Notes under the pieces: generated by a model
The model's database searches: none
What the model saw: the letters and a program-made list of their open reading frames with translations, nothing else
Told to the model about the DNA's origin: nothing
Position numbers and translations under genes: made by a program
Shown: piece by piece, positions 8,719 to 16,882 of the stretch
Numbering within the stretch: the stretch's first letter is position 1
Layout of the letters: every line of letters begins with the position of its first letter
Assembly: GCA_045803515.1 (NCBI GenBank)
Contig: JBJMOX010000356.1
Coordinates: 1 to 48,122 of the forward strand
Direction: 5' to 3'
DNA from: Gemmatimonadales bacterium
GTDB lineage: Bacteria; Gemmatimonadota; Gemmatimonadetes; Gemmatimonadales; GWC2-71-9
Length of the DNA stretch: 48,122 nt

Positions 8719-9102
8719 ATGCCCGATGCCGCTCGGCCCGCCGTCGGAACCGTGGCCTGGTTCGATCTCACGGTGAGCGACGCGCTCGGGGTGCGCGAGT
8801 TCTACCAGGCGGTGATCGGCTGGACGACCTCGCCCGTGGAGATGGGCGGGTACGAGGACTTCTGCATGCATCCGCCCGAGGGCGGCGACCCCATCGCAGG
8901 AGTGTGCCACGCCCGGGGCTCCAACGCGGACCTGCCCGCCCAATGGCTCGCCTACATCGTGGTGGCCGATCTGGACAGCAGCCTGGCGGCCTGCACGACC
9001 CGAGGCGGTGCGGTGTTGGCCGGACCCAAGTCGATGGGAACGGCTCGCTATGCGGTCATCCGTGATCCCGCGGGCGCGGTCCTAGCCCTCTACCAGGTGT
9101 AG
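8719..9102 (+). CDS. VOC/glyoxalase-family protein
   Basis: ATG 8719 after GGAAGGAG. VAWFDLTVSD..REFYQAVIGW...ARYAVIRDPAGAVLALYQ is typical of the VOC fold. Confidence 0.8.
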   Translation: MPDAARPAVGTVAWFDLTVSDALGVREFYQAVIGWTTSPVEMGGYEDFCMHPPEGGDPIAGVCHARGSNADLPAQWLAYIVVADLDSSLAACTTRGGAVLAGPKSMGTARYAVIRDPAGAVLALYQV

Positions 9103-9135
9103 TCTCACCCCACGACGATGGCGAGGTAGCTCCCA

Positions 9136-9468
9136 ATGATCGCGCGGCAATGGCATGGGCGAGTGCCCGCGGAACGGGCCGATGCCTATTACGACTATCT
9201 CCTTCGGACCGGATTGCCTGATTACCGCAGCACGCCGGGGAATCGCGGCGTGTACGTCTTTCGCCGGCAGGAGGGCGCGGTCGCTCACTTTCTGCTCACG
9301 ACCTTGTGGGACTCGATCGAGAGCATCCGCGGCTTCGCGGGCACGGACATCGAGCGGGCTCGCTACTACCCCGAGGATACCGATTTCCTGCTCGAGCTCG
9401 AGCCGACGGTGACCCACTTCGAGGTGCTGAGCACGCCGGCCGGGGACCGCCAGGACGTCACACCATGA
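9136..9468 (+). CDS. ABM-like (dimeric alpha/beta barrel) protein
   Basis: 110 aa. ..HFLLTTLWDSIESIRGFAG.. is typical of antibiotic-biosynthesis-monooxygenase-like domains. Confidence 0.65.
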   Translation: MIARQWHGRVPAERADAYYDYLLRTGLPDYRSTPGNRGVYVFRRQEGAVAHFLLTTLWDSIESIRGFAGTDIERARYYPEDTDFLLELEPTVTHFEVLSTPAGDRQDVTP

Positions 9469-9494
9469 CTCGAGCAAAGCGAAAGGAAGGGGCG

Positions 9495-10001
9495 ATGCTG
9501 GAAGCCGAGCTCCAATTGGCCCAAGTCAACATCGGGCGGGCGCGTGGTGCCATGGACCAGCCCGTCATGCGCGAATTCGTTGCGCGTCTGGCCGAGATCA
9601 ACGCGCTGGCGGATGGCAGCCCCGGGTTCGTCTGGCGACTGCAGACCGAGGACGGCGACGCCACCGCGTTCCGTCCCTATCCCGACGAGCGGGTCCTCAT
9701 CAATCTGTCGGTCTGGTCCGATCTCGAGGCTCTGCGCGCGTACGTCTACCGGAGCGATCATGCGGCCGTCATGCGGCGGCGCCGCGAGTGGTTCGAGCGC
9801 TTCGAGGGGATCTTCGTCGCGCTCTGGTGGGTACCCGCCGGCCACCGGCCGCCGGTGCCAGAAGCGGTGGAGCGCCTGGCTCATCTGGAGGCGCATGGCC
9901 CCACACCCTACGCCTTCAGCTTCGCCCAACCGTTCGACCGGGCCGGCGCGCCGGTGGGGCGAGACCGAGCCGTCGAGGATGATGCGTGTCCCGCCCGTTG
10001 A
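9495..10001 (+). CDS. DUF3291-family protein
   Basis: ATG 9495 after GAAAGGAAGGGG. LAQVNIGR...INALADGSPGFVWRLQ...NLSVWSDLEALRAYVY. Confidence 0.7.
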   Translation: MLEAELQLAQVNIGRARGAMDQPVMREFVARLAEINALADGSPGFVWRLQTEDGDATAFRPYPDERVLINLSVWSDLEALRAYVYRSDHAAVMRRRREWFERFEGIFVALWWVPAGHRPPVPEAVERLAHLEAHGPTPYAFSFAQPFDRAGAPVGRDRAVEDDACPAR

Positions 10002-10458
10002 GTCCTTGAGGCCGGGCAGGACGGCACCCCGACCCCACCTGTGGGCGCTCGCCGCCGTGACTGCGATCGCAGCCTGCGCCTCGAGGAGCGCGGTCGCCGC
10101 CCCCGAGCCCGTACCTTCCTGTCAGGCCGGCGAGACCGGGCTCGTGCGGGACGTGCTCTATTTCGGCCGGAACCGGCCCGTCGGCGGCGAGGTGGCCGAC
10201 AGCGATTGGAACGCGTTCCTCACCGCGGTCGTCACGCCCCGCTTCCCCGATGGTCTCACTATCGTCGAGGCGCACGGCCAGTGGCGAGACCGGAGCGGCG
10301 TCGTCGAGCGCGAGCGCACCGAGCTGGTCACGTTGCTGCATCCAGCGGATTCGGCTTCCCAGCAGGCCGTCGAGGAGATCGCCAACGAGTACAAGCGGCG
10401 CTTCGGTCAGGAGGCGGTGCTCCGCGAGCGGCTCGCCGCCTGTACCCGCTTCTTCTAG
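9979..10458 (+). CDS. DUF3574-family lipoprotein
   Basis: ATG 9979/9982. Lipobox AIAAC. LYFGRN..VADSDWNAFLTAVVTPRFPDGLTIVEAHGQW. 23-nt overlap with the upstream gene. Confidence 0.65.
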   Translation: MMRVPPVESLRPGRTAPRPHLWALAAVTAIAACASRSAVAAPEPVPSCQAGETGLVRDVLYFGRNRPVGGEVADSDWNAFLTAVVTPRFPDGLTIVEAHGQWRDRSGVVERERTELVTLLHPADSASQQAVEEIANEYKRRFGQEAVLRERLAACTRFF

Positions 10459-10761
10459 CCACGCGCCGCGGTGCCCATCTCGGCCAGATCCTCCGGCTCA
10501 TACTGGGCCCACGTAGTGGTTCGAGGCTCGATGCGCAACTCGGCATGACATCTGATCAGTGGCTCGAGGAACAGAGTCCTTCTGCTCGCGGCTTGCGGAC
10601 TCCTGGCCTGCACAGGTGCGAAGCCCGCACCGCCCGTGACTTCGGCCCGGGGTGCGACAGTCTCGGCGGTGACGGCGGTGCCGGAAGAGGTGGACGGAAA
10701 TTTGCGCAGCTATCAGCGCGGCAGGATTGCGTTGCCATGACGGATACGGCAGCGCAGCAGG

Positions 10762-11357
10762 GTGGGGACGACGGAGCAGCCGCACCTGGTCTTTGTCACC
10801 GGCGGCACCGGCTATCTCGGACGCGTTCTCATCCCCGAGCTCCTCCACCGAGGACACGCAGTGCGGGCGCTGGTACGTCCCGGCTCCGGGCGAGGATTGC
10901 CGAAGCCCAGTCCGGCCAAGGCTGCACAGTTCCGGGCGGTCGATCTGGCGTCGATCCGCGCGTCGGTCGCGGTGGCCTCTCGCGGGTGGGGGTGCGGCAC
11001 CTGGTTTATGTCAGCGTAGCCTACCCCGCCCCCGTCATGCGGGCCTATCTTGCCGTGCGGCAGGAGGGAGAGACGCTGGTTCAGGCGAGCGGAGTGCCGG
11101 CCACGCTGCTCCGGCCCTGGTACGTGCTGGGTCCGGGGCATCGCTGGCCCTACCTGCTGCTTCCGCTCTACTCCGTGCTCGATCGTCTCCCCGCGACCCG
11201 CGCGGGTGCGGCCCGGCTCGGACTGGTCACCCGGCGGGAGATGGTGGCGGCGCTAGTGTCGGCGGTGGAACATCCACCTGCGGGAATCCGGGTCGTCGAG
11301 GTGCCGGAGATTCGCGGGAGACCGGACCAGGGAACTATGGGGAGGGCGACCGGTTGA
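10762..11357 (+). pseudogene. NAD(P)H-binding SDR/NmrA-like gene, apparently frameshifted and internally shortened
   Basis: Rossmann N-terminus VFVTGGTGYLGRVLIPELL..ALVRPG is in frame 1 and stops at 11017-11019. The C-terminal half GVRHLVYVSVAYPAP..LRPWYVLGPGHRWP.. continues in the frame of ORF 10041-11357. The switch is near the G-run at about 10985-10992. Confidence 0.5.
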
Positions 11358-11383
11358 GATCTCATACACCAGGCGGTAGTTGG

Positions 11384-11860
11384 ATGCGGCGGCGGTACCT
11401 CGCCGCGGTCGGGATCACATTCCTTGTCACCGGCCAGGCGTCCTGCCGGAGTCGGGACGGCGGGTTCGCGGCACTGCAGAGTCGCGGGGAGACCGCGATG
11501 GGGGTGAACCAGTACACCTCGTCGCACGTCTTCGAATCGCTCCCTGACGGAGGACGGATCGTGCTGCAGCGGCAGACCGAGGACTCCGCGGGCACCGCCA
11601 GGATCAGGGCTCACATGTCGACCATCGCTCAACAGTTCCGGCGCGGCGACTTTGCGGTTCCCGGCTTCGTGCATGCCCAGGGCGTGCCGGGTACGGAGGT
11701 GATGGCTTCTCATCGAGGGCAAATCAGCTACACGGCCGATACGCTGCCGAGGGGCGGTCAAGTCCGGATCACCACGACCGACACGGCCGCGTTGGCGGCG
11801 GTTCACGAGTTCCTGGCCTTCCAGCGGCGTGAGCACCACGCGGCCGGTCACGGCCCTTGA
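11384..11860 (+). CDS. hypothetical exported protein with His-rich C-terminus
   Basis: ATG 11384 inside ORF 10727-11860. Signal/lipobox-like VTGQASC. ..GGRIVLQ..IRAHMSTIAQQFRRGDF..GGQVRITTTD..HEFLAFQRREHHAAGH. Confidence 0.55.
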   Translation: MRRRYLAAVGITFLVTGQASCRSRDGGFAALQSRGETAMGVNQYTSSHVFESLPDGGRIVLQRQTEDSAGTARIRAHMSTIAQQFRRGDFAVPGFVHAQGVPGTEVMASHRGQISYTADTLPRGGQVRITTTDTAALAAVHEFLAFQRREHHAAGHGP

Positions 11861-12017
11861 AAGTAGTTGAGCAATAACCATGGAAGCTGCTGTCAATGCG
11901 GCAGTTATATGCACGATGTGATGTAATGCCTGACCTGACCCACGGTTCCGACCAGGTCGGCCGCCTGGCCACCGTCTACGAGGCGAAGACCTCCGGCAGC
12001 AGATAGAGAGGGTGATC

Positions 12018-12485
12018 ATGAGTGGATTCTACGAGCCAGCACCGACCTCGACCTCCCCCTTTCGCCACCGTCTGTTCCACCCGCAGTGGGCCATCATCGA
12101 GCACGCTCTCGGGCGGCCGGTGCCTGGCATCCTGCGGGAGCTCTATGGGACACCGGAGACGCTCCTCCGTGGACATTTCTATCTCGACCAGCCAGGCGGC
12201 GCCCGTCGGGTGTGGCTGGATCTATTCCTTCCCCTCGACGATGAAGCCCTCCATCCCTATGGCAAGCCCATCCCGGCGGGCGCGGTCGCGTTTGCCGACG
12301 ATGAGCACGGCGATCCGTACTTCTTCGTCCCCGATACCACCGTTTACGGCGATGGTCCGGTGTACCTGCTGGGCCTTCAGGAAGGACGGGAAGAGATCCA
12401 GCCGGTCGCTGAATCCCTGTCCCAATTTCTTCATTGGCCCCGGCATACGGCGCATGGATCCGGTGGTGGATCGCAATCGATATAG
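12018..12485 (+). CDS. SMI1/KNR4 (SUKH-1)-like protein
   Basis: ATG 12018 after GAGAGGG. ..IEHALGRPVPGILRELYG.. and ..AFADDEHGDPYFF..VYLL.. resemble SUKH-family immunity-type proteins. Confidence 0.6.
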   Translation: MSGFYEPAPTSTSPFRHRLFHPQWAIIEHALGRPVPGILRELYGTPETLLRGHFYLDQPGGARRVWLDLFLPLDDEALHPYGKPIPAGAVAFADDEHGDPYFFVPDTTVYGDGPVYLLGLQEGREEIQPVAESLSQFLHWPRHTAHGSGGGSQSI

Positions 12486-12491
12486 CCGAAG

Positions 12492-12938
12492 ATGAGCAAA
12501 AAGAAGTCGGTCAAGCGGACGTCACCACGGCACAAGGACAGTGGCACCGAAGAAGCCGGTCGCCAAACGGCCGAGCGGCGCCGAAGTACCGCGGAGGGAG
12601 AGCGCGCTGCGGAGGCTCGGAATCAGTCCGCCGCGGAGAGCCAGCGCCAGGTTCAAGAGGCTGGTCGCGAGAGCGCCGAGGAAGCCCGGTCGGCAGCGGA
12701 GGAGTTGCGACAGCGCCGGGAGGAGGTGCGACAGCTCACCGAGACGATGCGGGTCGACGCGGAGCAGGCGCGTCGGCAGCAGGAGGAGATACGCGCCTTC
12801 CATGAGGCGGCACGCCAGGCAGCCGAGGAGACGAGAGCCGCCGCCGAGCGCGCCCGGGACGCGGAGCAAGAGCAGGCCGAGATTATCCGGCAGATGCGCC
12901 GGACCGCGGACCAGCTGCGGCGGGCGCCGCCGGATTAG
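12492..12938 (+). CDS. highly charged coiled-coil protein (E/R/A/Q-rich)
   Basis: 148 aa. Basic N-terminus MSKKKSVKRTSPRHK, then low-complexity helical AEE/RQ repeats. No TM. Confidence 0.5.
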   Translation: MSKKKSVKRTSPRHKDSGTEEAGRQTAERRRSTAEGERAAEARNQSAAESQRQVQEAGRESAEEARSAAEELRQRREEVRQLTETMRVDAEQARRQQEEIRAFHEAARQAAEETRAAAERARDAEQEQAEIIRQMRRTADQLRRAPPD

Positions 12939-12948
12939 GAGTGTCGCC

Positions 12949-13452
12949 GTGTCCATGAGCCCTGTCGAAGCGGCCTTCCGGCGGCTCACGCTGGGGGTCC
13001 ACGTCGTCGGTGTCGCCGGCAATGGACGCGCCGACGCGTTCACCGCCGCCTGGATCATGCAGGCGTCCTTCGATCCGCTGCTCCTCGCCCTCAGCATCAA
13101 TCGGGATCACGCCTCCTATCCCTTGCTCCAGGCCGGCCACGGGTTCGTGGTCAACGTGCTCAAACAGGAGCAGCTCGAGCTCGCGCGCGCGTTCGGAACT
13201 CAGTCGGGCCGTGACCGCGACAAGCTCGGCCTGGTCCGCTGGCGGCCTGCACGCGGCGGAGCGCCGATTCTGGAGGAGGCACTGGCGTACTTCGAGTGTC
13301 GCCTGGACGGCTCCATCCCCGCCGGCGACCACGAGCTGGTGCTCGGCCGGGTGCTCGACGCGCGCGTGCTGGACCCGGTGGCGGTCCCCCTGACGTATGG
13401 AGAGACCGGTGACATGGACGGCAGCAGCGCGCTCTATCCTGCCGGACTGTGA
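12949..13452 (+). CDS. flavin reductase-like (FMN-binding split barrel) protein
   Basis: GTG 12949 (or ATG 12955) after AGGAG. ..GVHVVGVAGNGRADAFTAAWIMQASFDPLLLALSI..HELVLGRV.. is typical of the family. Confidence 0.85.
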   Translation: MSMSPVEAAFRRLTLGVHVVGVAGNGRADAFTAAWIMQASFDPLLLALSINRDHASYPLLQAGHGFVVNVLKQEQLELARAFGTQSGRDRDKLGLVRWRPARGGAPILEEALAYFECRLDGSIPAGDHELVLGRVLDARVLDPVAVPLTYGETGDMDGSSALYPAGL

Positions 13453-13489
13453 TGCCCGGCGGAGTTGATGAAGCGCGCGGGAGACGTTG

Positions 13490-13876
13490 ATGGCGGACGT
13501 GGACGCAAGAGCGAAGCAGGTGGAGCTGCTGGCGGAGTGGAGTCGCTGGATGGTCGCTCTGGAGTCGGCGGTGTGCGCGCTGCTCTGGGAGCCGCTCAAG
13601 CAGCAGTCGGCCGCGCAATTTCCCTTCGGCCGCGGAATGTTGTGGGCCTGGGCAGGGTTCGCGCTCTCGACCGTGTGCGCCACGATCCTGTTGGGTCGGC
13701 TGCCGTGGCTTACCCCGGCCCTGCTGCAGCCCGAGCCGGGCGGCGAGTCCCTCCGCGCCAGACCGCGGCGGGAGCTCCTGATACTCGCGCTGGCGCAACA
13801 CGCCCTGTTTCTGACCGGCGTGCTTCTCCTGGTTGGCTTCGTGCTCCGCCGGGCCGCGCAGCAGGCCGGGTCCTGA
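13490..13876 (+). CDS. hypothetical multi-pass membrane protein
   Basis: About 128 aa with 3 hydrophobic segments. No family recognised. Confidence 0.45.
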   Translation: MADVDARAKQVELLAEWSRWMVALESAVCALLWEPLKQQSAAQFPFGRGMLWAWAGFALSTVCATILLGRLPWLTPALLQPEPGGESLRARPRRELLILALAQHALFLTGVLLLVGFVLRRAAQQAGS

Positions 13877-13893
13877 GCAGAAACCGGGCACCG

Positions 13894-14445
13894 GTGTACC
13901 GGCCGACCAGGGCCGAGGTGCTCGCCGCCGCCGGCGGCACCGTACCGGATCTGGTGGCGCCGGGACTGCGCGTGCTCTTCTGTGGCATCAATCCAAGCCT
14001 CTACTCCAGTGCCGTCGGATACCACTTCGCCCGGCCCGGCAACCGGTTCTGGCCGGCGCTGCACGCCGCCGGCTTCACCCCGCGCCTGCTCGCGCCGTGG
14101 GAGGGCCACCATCTGCTGACGCTGGGCTGCGGGATCACCAACCTGGTGGGACGGGCCAGCGCCACCGCGGCGGAGCTCGCGCGCGCGGAGCTGCGCGCGG
14201 GACGGGCTCGCCTCGAGCGGAAGGTCCGCCGGCTCGCGCCTCGCTGGGTCGCCGTCCTGGGCATTGGCGCGTACGCGACGACGTTTCGCACGGCCACGCC
14301 CCGAGTCGGCCCCCAGGCCGAGCGCCTGGCTGGTGCGGGACTGTGGGTGCTTCCCAATCCCAGCGGCCTGAACGCGAACCATCAGCTTCCGGAGCTGGGC
14401 CGCGCATTCGCCGCATTGCGGGTCGCGGCGGAAGCGGCGCAATGA
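13894..14445 (+). CDS. mug: G/U mismatch-specific uracil-DNA glycosylase (Mug/TDG family)
   Basis: DLVAPGLRVLFCGINPSLYS..HFARPGNRFW...VLPNPSGLN aligns along its length with E. coli Mug. GTG 13894 is chosen as the first in-frame start after the upstream stop; the start is uncertain. Confidence 0.8.
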   Translation: MYRPTRAEVLAAAGGTVPDLVAPGLRVLFCGINPSLYSSAVGYHFARPGNRFWPALHAAGFTPRLLAPWEGHHLLTLGCGITNLVGRASATAAELARAELRAGRARLERKVRRLAPRWVAVLGIGAYATTFRTATPRVGPQAERLAGAGLWVLPNPSGLNANHQLPELGRAFAALRVAAEAAQ

Positions 14446-14578
14446 CGCGTACTTTGCACGCCGGCCCGGACGGCCGTACTGGCGAAGCTCCCTGGTGTCG
14501 CATAGCGTACGGGCGAGAGCCGCACCCTCCGAACCCACGAGCTGGCGCCGATCGGATCTCCGACCAAGGGCAACCCCG

Positions 14579-14806
14579 ATGCGATGTGCACTCATCCCAG
14601 GAGCTCTCCTGCTCGTCTCGCTGACCGGATGCTCGCGACCAGCGGACCGGACCAGCGCCCGAAACGCCCCTTCCGACCGACAGCGGGACAGCGTGCTGGG
14701 TGCCTCTCGGCTGCCCGGAGCCGCCGGCGTGCGCCATGCCATCGAGGCGTCCGACTCAGGTGCCGCCCGACGCAACCGGGAAGACTCCGTGGCGTCGGCT
14801 CCATGA
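14579..14806 (+). CDS. small lipoprotein, hypothetical
   Basis: ATG 14579 gives MRCALIPGALLLVSLTGCSRP (classic lipobox). ATGA overlap with the downstream GNAT. Confidence 0.5.
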   Translation: MRCALIPGALLLVSLTGCSRPADRTSARNAPSDRQRDSVLGASRLPGAAGVRHAIEASDSGAARRNREDSVASAP

Positions 14807-15327
14807 CTGAGCGGGTCCAGGTGCGGCTGGCGATTCCTCAGGACGCCGACCTGATCGCCGGGCACCGCGTGCGCATGTTCCAGGACATGGGCCAGCTTCC
14901 GCCCGATCTCGTCGAGCCCTTCCGGTCCAGCGCACGAGAGCGCCTGTGGGTTCTCCTGGAGACAGGGGAGTACGTGGGCTGGTTGGCGAGTACCCGGGCA
15001 TCTCCGGGCACAGTGGTGGCCGGGGTCGGGGTCCAGCGGCGCCAGGTGTTTCCCCATCCGCGCCAGCGCGCGGACGGAAGCATCGTGGTGGCGAGCGGCC
15101 GTCACGCCATCGTCCTCAACCTATTCACCGAGCCATCCTGGCGGCGCCAGGGAATCGCCGAGCTGCTGATGCGGCACGCCCTCGAGTGGGCCCGGTGTGA
15201 GCGGCTCGACCGGCTCGTGCTGCACGCATCGGCCGAGGGCCGGCCGCTGTACGAGCGGCTGGGATTCGTGCCCACCAACGAGATGCGCTTCGCGGATGAG
15301 CTCCAGCCGTCCTCCGCGGGGTGCTGA
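14803..15327 (+). CDS. GNAT-family N-acetyltransferase
   Basis: ATG 14803. ..LFTEPSWRRQGIAELLMRHALEWAR..LHASAEGRPLYERLGF (acetyl-CoA binding motif A). Confidence 0.8.
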   Translation: MTERVQVRLAIPQDADLIAGHRVRMFQDMGQLPPDLVEPFRSSARERLWVLLETGEYVGWLASTRASPGTVVAGVGVQRRQVFPHPRQRADGSIVVASGRHAIVLNLFTEPSWRRQGIAELLMRHALEWARCERLDRLVLHASAEGRPLYERLGFVPTNEMRFADELQPSSAGC

Positions 15328-15408
15328 TCGAGACCCGGGTGACCCGGCTGGCCCGGGGCCTCCGCGTCCGGTTACGCTTCTGCAGACGAGCAGCGGGAGC
15401 AGCGCGGA

Positions 15409-15903
15409 ATGCGCCGAAATGACGAGTGGACACCATACCCCGAAGGCGAGCCGGCCTTCGGTCTTTCCGACGATGTTGCGCCCGAGGGCGCCGCGCCGGA
15501 GACGGCCACCAGGTCCGCGCCGGTCAACCCCACGCGGCCGGGGCGTCCCCATCTGGTCGTGGTGGTGACCCGGCGGGTGCGGCCGGATGACCGGGCTCCG
15601 GACGGGGCCACCTTGATCACCAGGTTCTGGCACCCCCGGGATCAGCGGTGGAGCGAGAACGCCTTCGAGTCCCTGGAGCACGCCCTTCATATGTTCCTCG
15701 AAGAGAGTGGCTGGCTGCTCCGGCAGCAACAGACGCTCGATGCCGAGTCCGCGTTGGAGCTCATCTTCGAGGCCCGGCGTGAGGACTTCACCGGGCCGAC
15801 CACCGAGGCGCTCCTGGAGGAGGTCGGCCTCACACCCGGAGATGTCGCGGATCTGATGGGGCGGGTGAAGCGCGATGATGACGAGCGGAGAGGTCCAGCA
15901 TGA
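15409..15903 (+). CDS. hypothetical protein
   Basis: 164-aa ORF. ATGA overlap with the downstream DinB gene. No family recognised. Confidence 0.5.
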   Translation: MRRNDEWTPYPEGEPAFGLSDDVAPEGAAPETATRSAPVNPTRPGRPHLVVVVTRRVRPDDRAPDGATLITRFWHPRDQRWSENAFESLEHALHMFLEESGWLLRQQQTLDAESALELIFEARREDFTGPTTEALLEEVGLTPGDVADLMGRVKRDDDERRGPA

Positions 15904-16382
15904 GCCAGAACCAGGCTGTTCGGAGACAAGTCAGCACTCTCCTGGACTGGGGAGACGCCCACGCCGGAGTCGAAAAGGTTCTCGAGGGGATTCCCCCCGA
16001 CCTCCGCGGCGTCGCTCCGGAACGGGTGCCCTACACGCCGTGGCAGCTCCTGGAGCATCTGCGGCTCACTCAGCGGGATATTCTCGAGTTTTGCCGGAAT
16101 CCCCGTTACGTCGAGCCACACTGGCCCGACGACTACTGGCCCGCATCGGCGGCGCCTCCGACAGAGAAGGCCTGGCAGGCGAGCATCAAAGCATTCCTGG
16201 ACGATCGCGCGGCCATGCAGCAGCTGGCGGAGGATGCCGCGGTGGACCTTCTGAGCCCGATCCCTCACGGCAGCGGTCAGACCATTCTCCGCGAGCTTCT
16301 GCTTCTGGCGGATCACAACGCCTATCACCTCGGCGAGCTCGTAGTGGTGCGCCGCTGCCTTGGCATCTGGGGCGGCCAATGA
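15900..16382 (+). CDS. DinB-family protein
   Basis: ..PWQLLEHLRLTQRDILEF.. and ..LLLLADHNAYHLGELVVV.. DinB His-containing helices. Confidence 0.8.
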   Translation: MSQNQAVRRQVSTLLDWGDAHAGVEKVLEGIPPDLRGVAPERVPYTPWQLLEHLRLTQRDILEFCRNPRYVEPHWPDDYWPASAAPPTEKAWQASIKAFLDDRAAMQQLAEDAAVDLLSPIPHGSGQTILRELLLLADHNAYHLGELVVVRRCLGIWGGQ

Positions 16383-16395
16383 TGGTGACGGTCTC

Positions 16396-16878
16396 GTGAG
16401 CGCGGAGAGCCTGGCCCTGTATCTCAACGATCACCTGGCCGGCTCGGTGGCGGCACTGGAGCTGCTCGACGCGCTCGCGGGCCGGGTGGATGGAACGCCC
16501 ATGGAGCAGATGCTCCGTACCGTGCGGGTCGAGGTGGCCGCGGATCAGGACGTGCTGCGTGCGGTATTGGACGAGGCGGGCGGCGAGGAGAGCCGTCTCA
16601 AGCAAGCCGCGGCCTGGCTCAGCGAGAAGCTGGGACAGGCGAAGCTCGCCGTCGCCGGTCACCTGCATCCCGAGCTCGACGTGCTGGAAGGGCTCGAGAC
16701 CCTGGCGCTGGGGATTCAGGGCAAGGCGGCGCTCTGGCGGGCGCTGGGTGCGGTCGCCGCTGAGAACCCCCGGCTTTCCAGCTTCCGGTTCTCCTCGCTC
16801 GAGGCCCGGGCGCGGACCCAATACGAGCAGATCGAGCAGGCCAGGCTGAATGCCGCGCGCGCGGCGCTCCGCGGCTGA
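16396..16878 (+). CDS. hypothetical helical protein
   Basis: ORF 16360-16878. Start ambiguous (TTG 16360 or GTG 16396). ..LALYLNDHLAGSVAALELLD... No family named. Confidence 0.5.
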   Translation: MSAESLALYLNDHLAGSVAALELLDALAGRVDGTPMEQMLRTVRVEVAADQDVLRAVLDEAGGEESRLKQAAAWLSEKLGQAKLAVAGHLHPELDVLEGLETLALGIQGKAALWRALGAVAAENPRLSSFRFSSLEARARTQYEQIEQARLNAARAALRG

Positions 16879-16882
16879 GTCC

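Noticed and set aside
10510-10535. tRNA-like GGTTCGAGG T-loop motif.
   Set aside because: The flanking bases do not form a T-stem (AGTGG versus CTCGA). No acceptor or anticodon arms can be drawn.
10041-11357. 438-aa ORF read as one gene.
   Set aside because: Only its last ~120 codons look like real protein (the SDR C-terminal half). The upstream part overlaps the DUF3574 gene and intergenic DNA and is Arg/Gly-rich.
12883-15105. 740-aa minus-strand ORF.
   Set aside because: It is antisense to the flavin reductase, Mug and GNAT genes. Arg/Ala/Pro-rich with no motifs; a high-GC shadow ORF.
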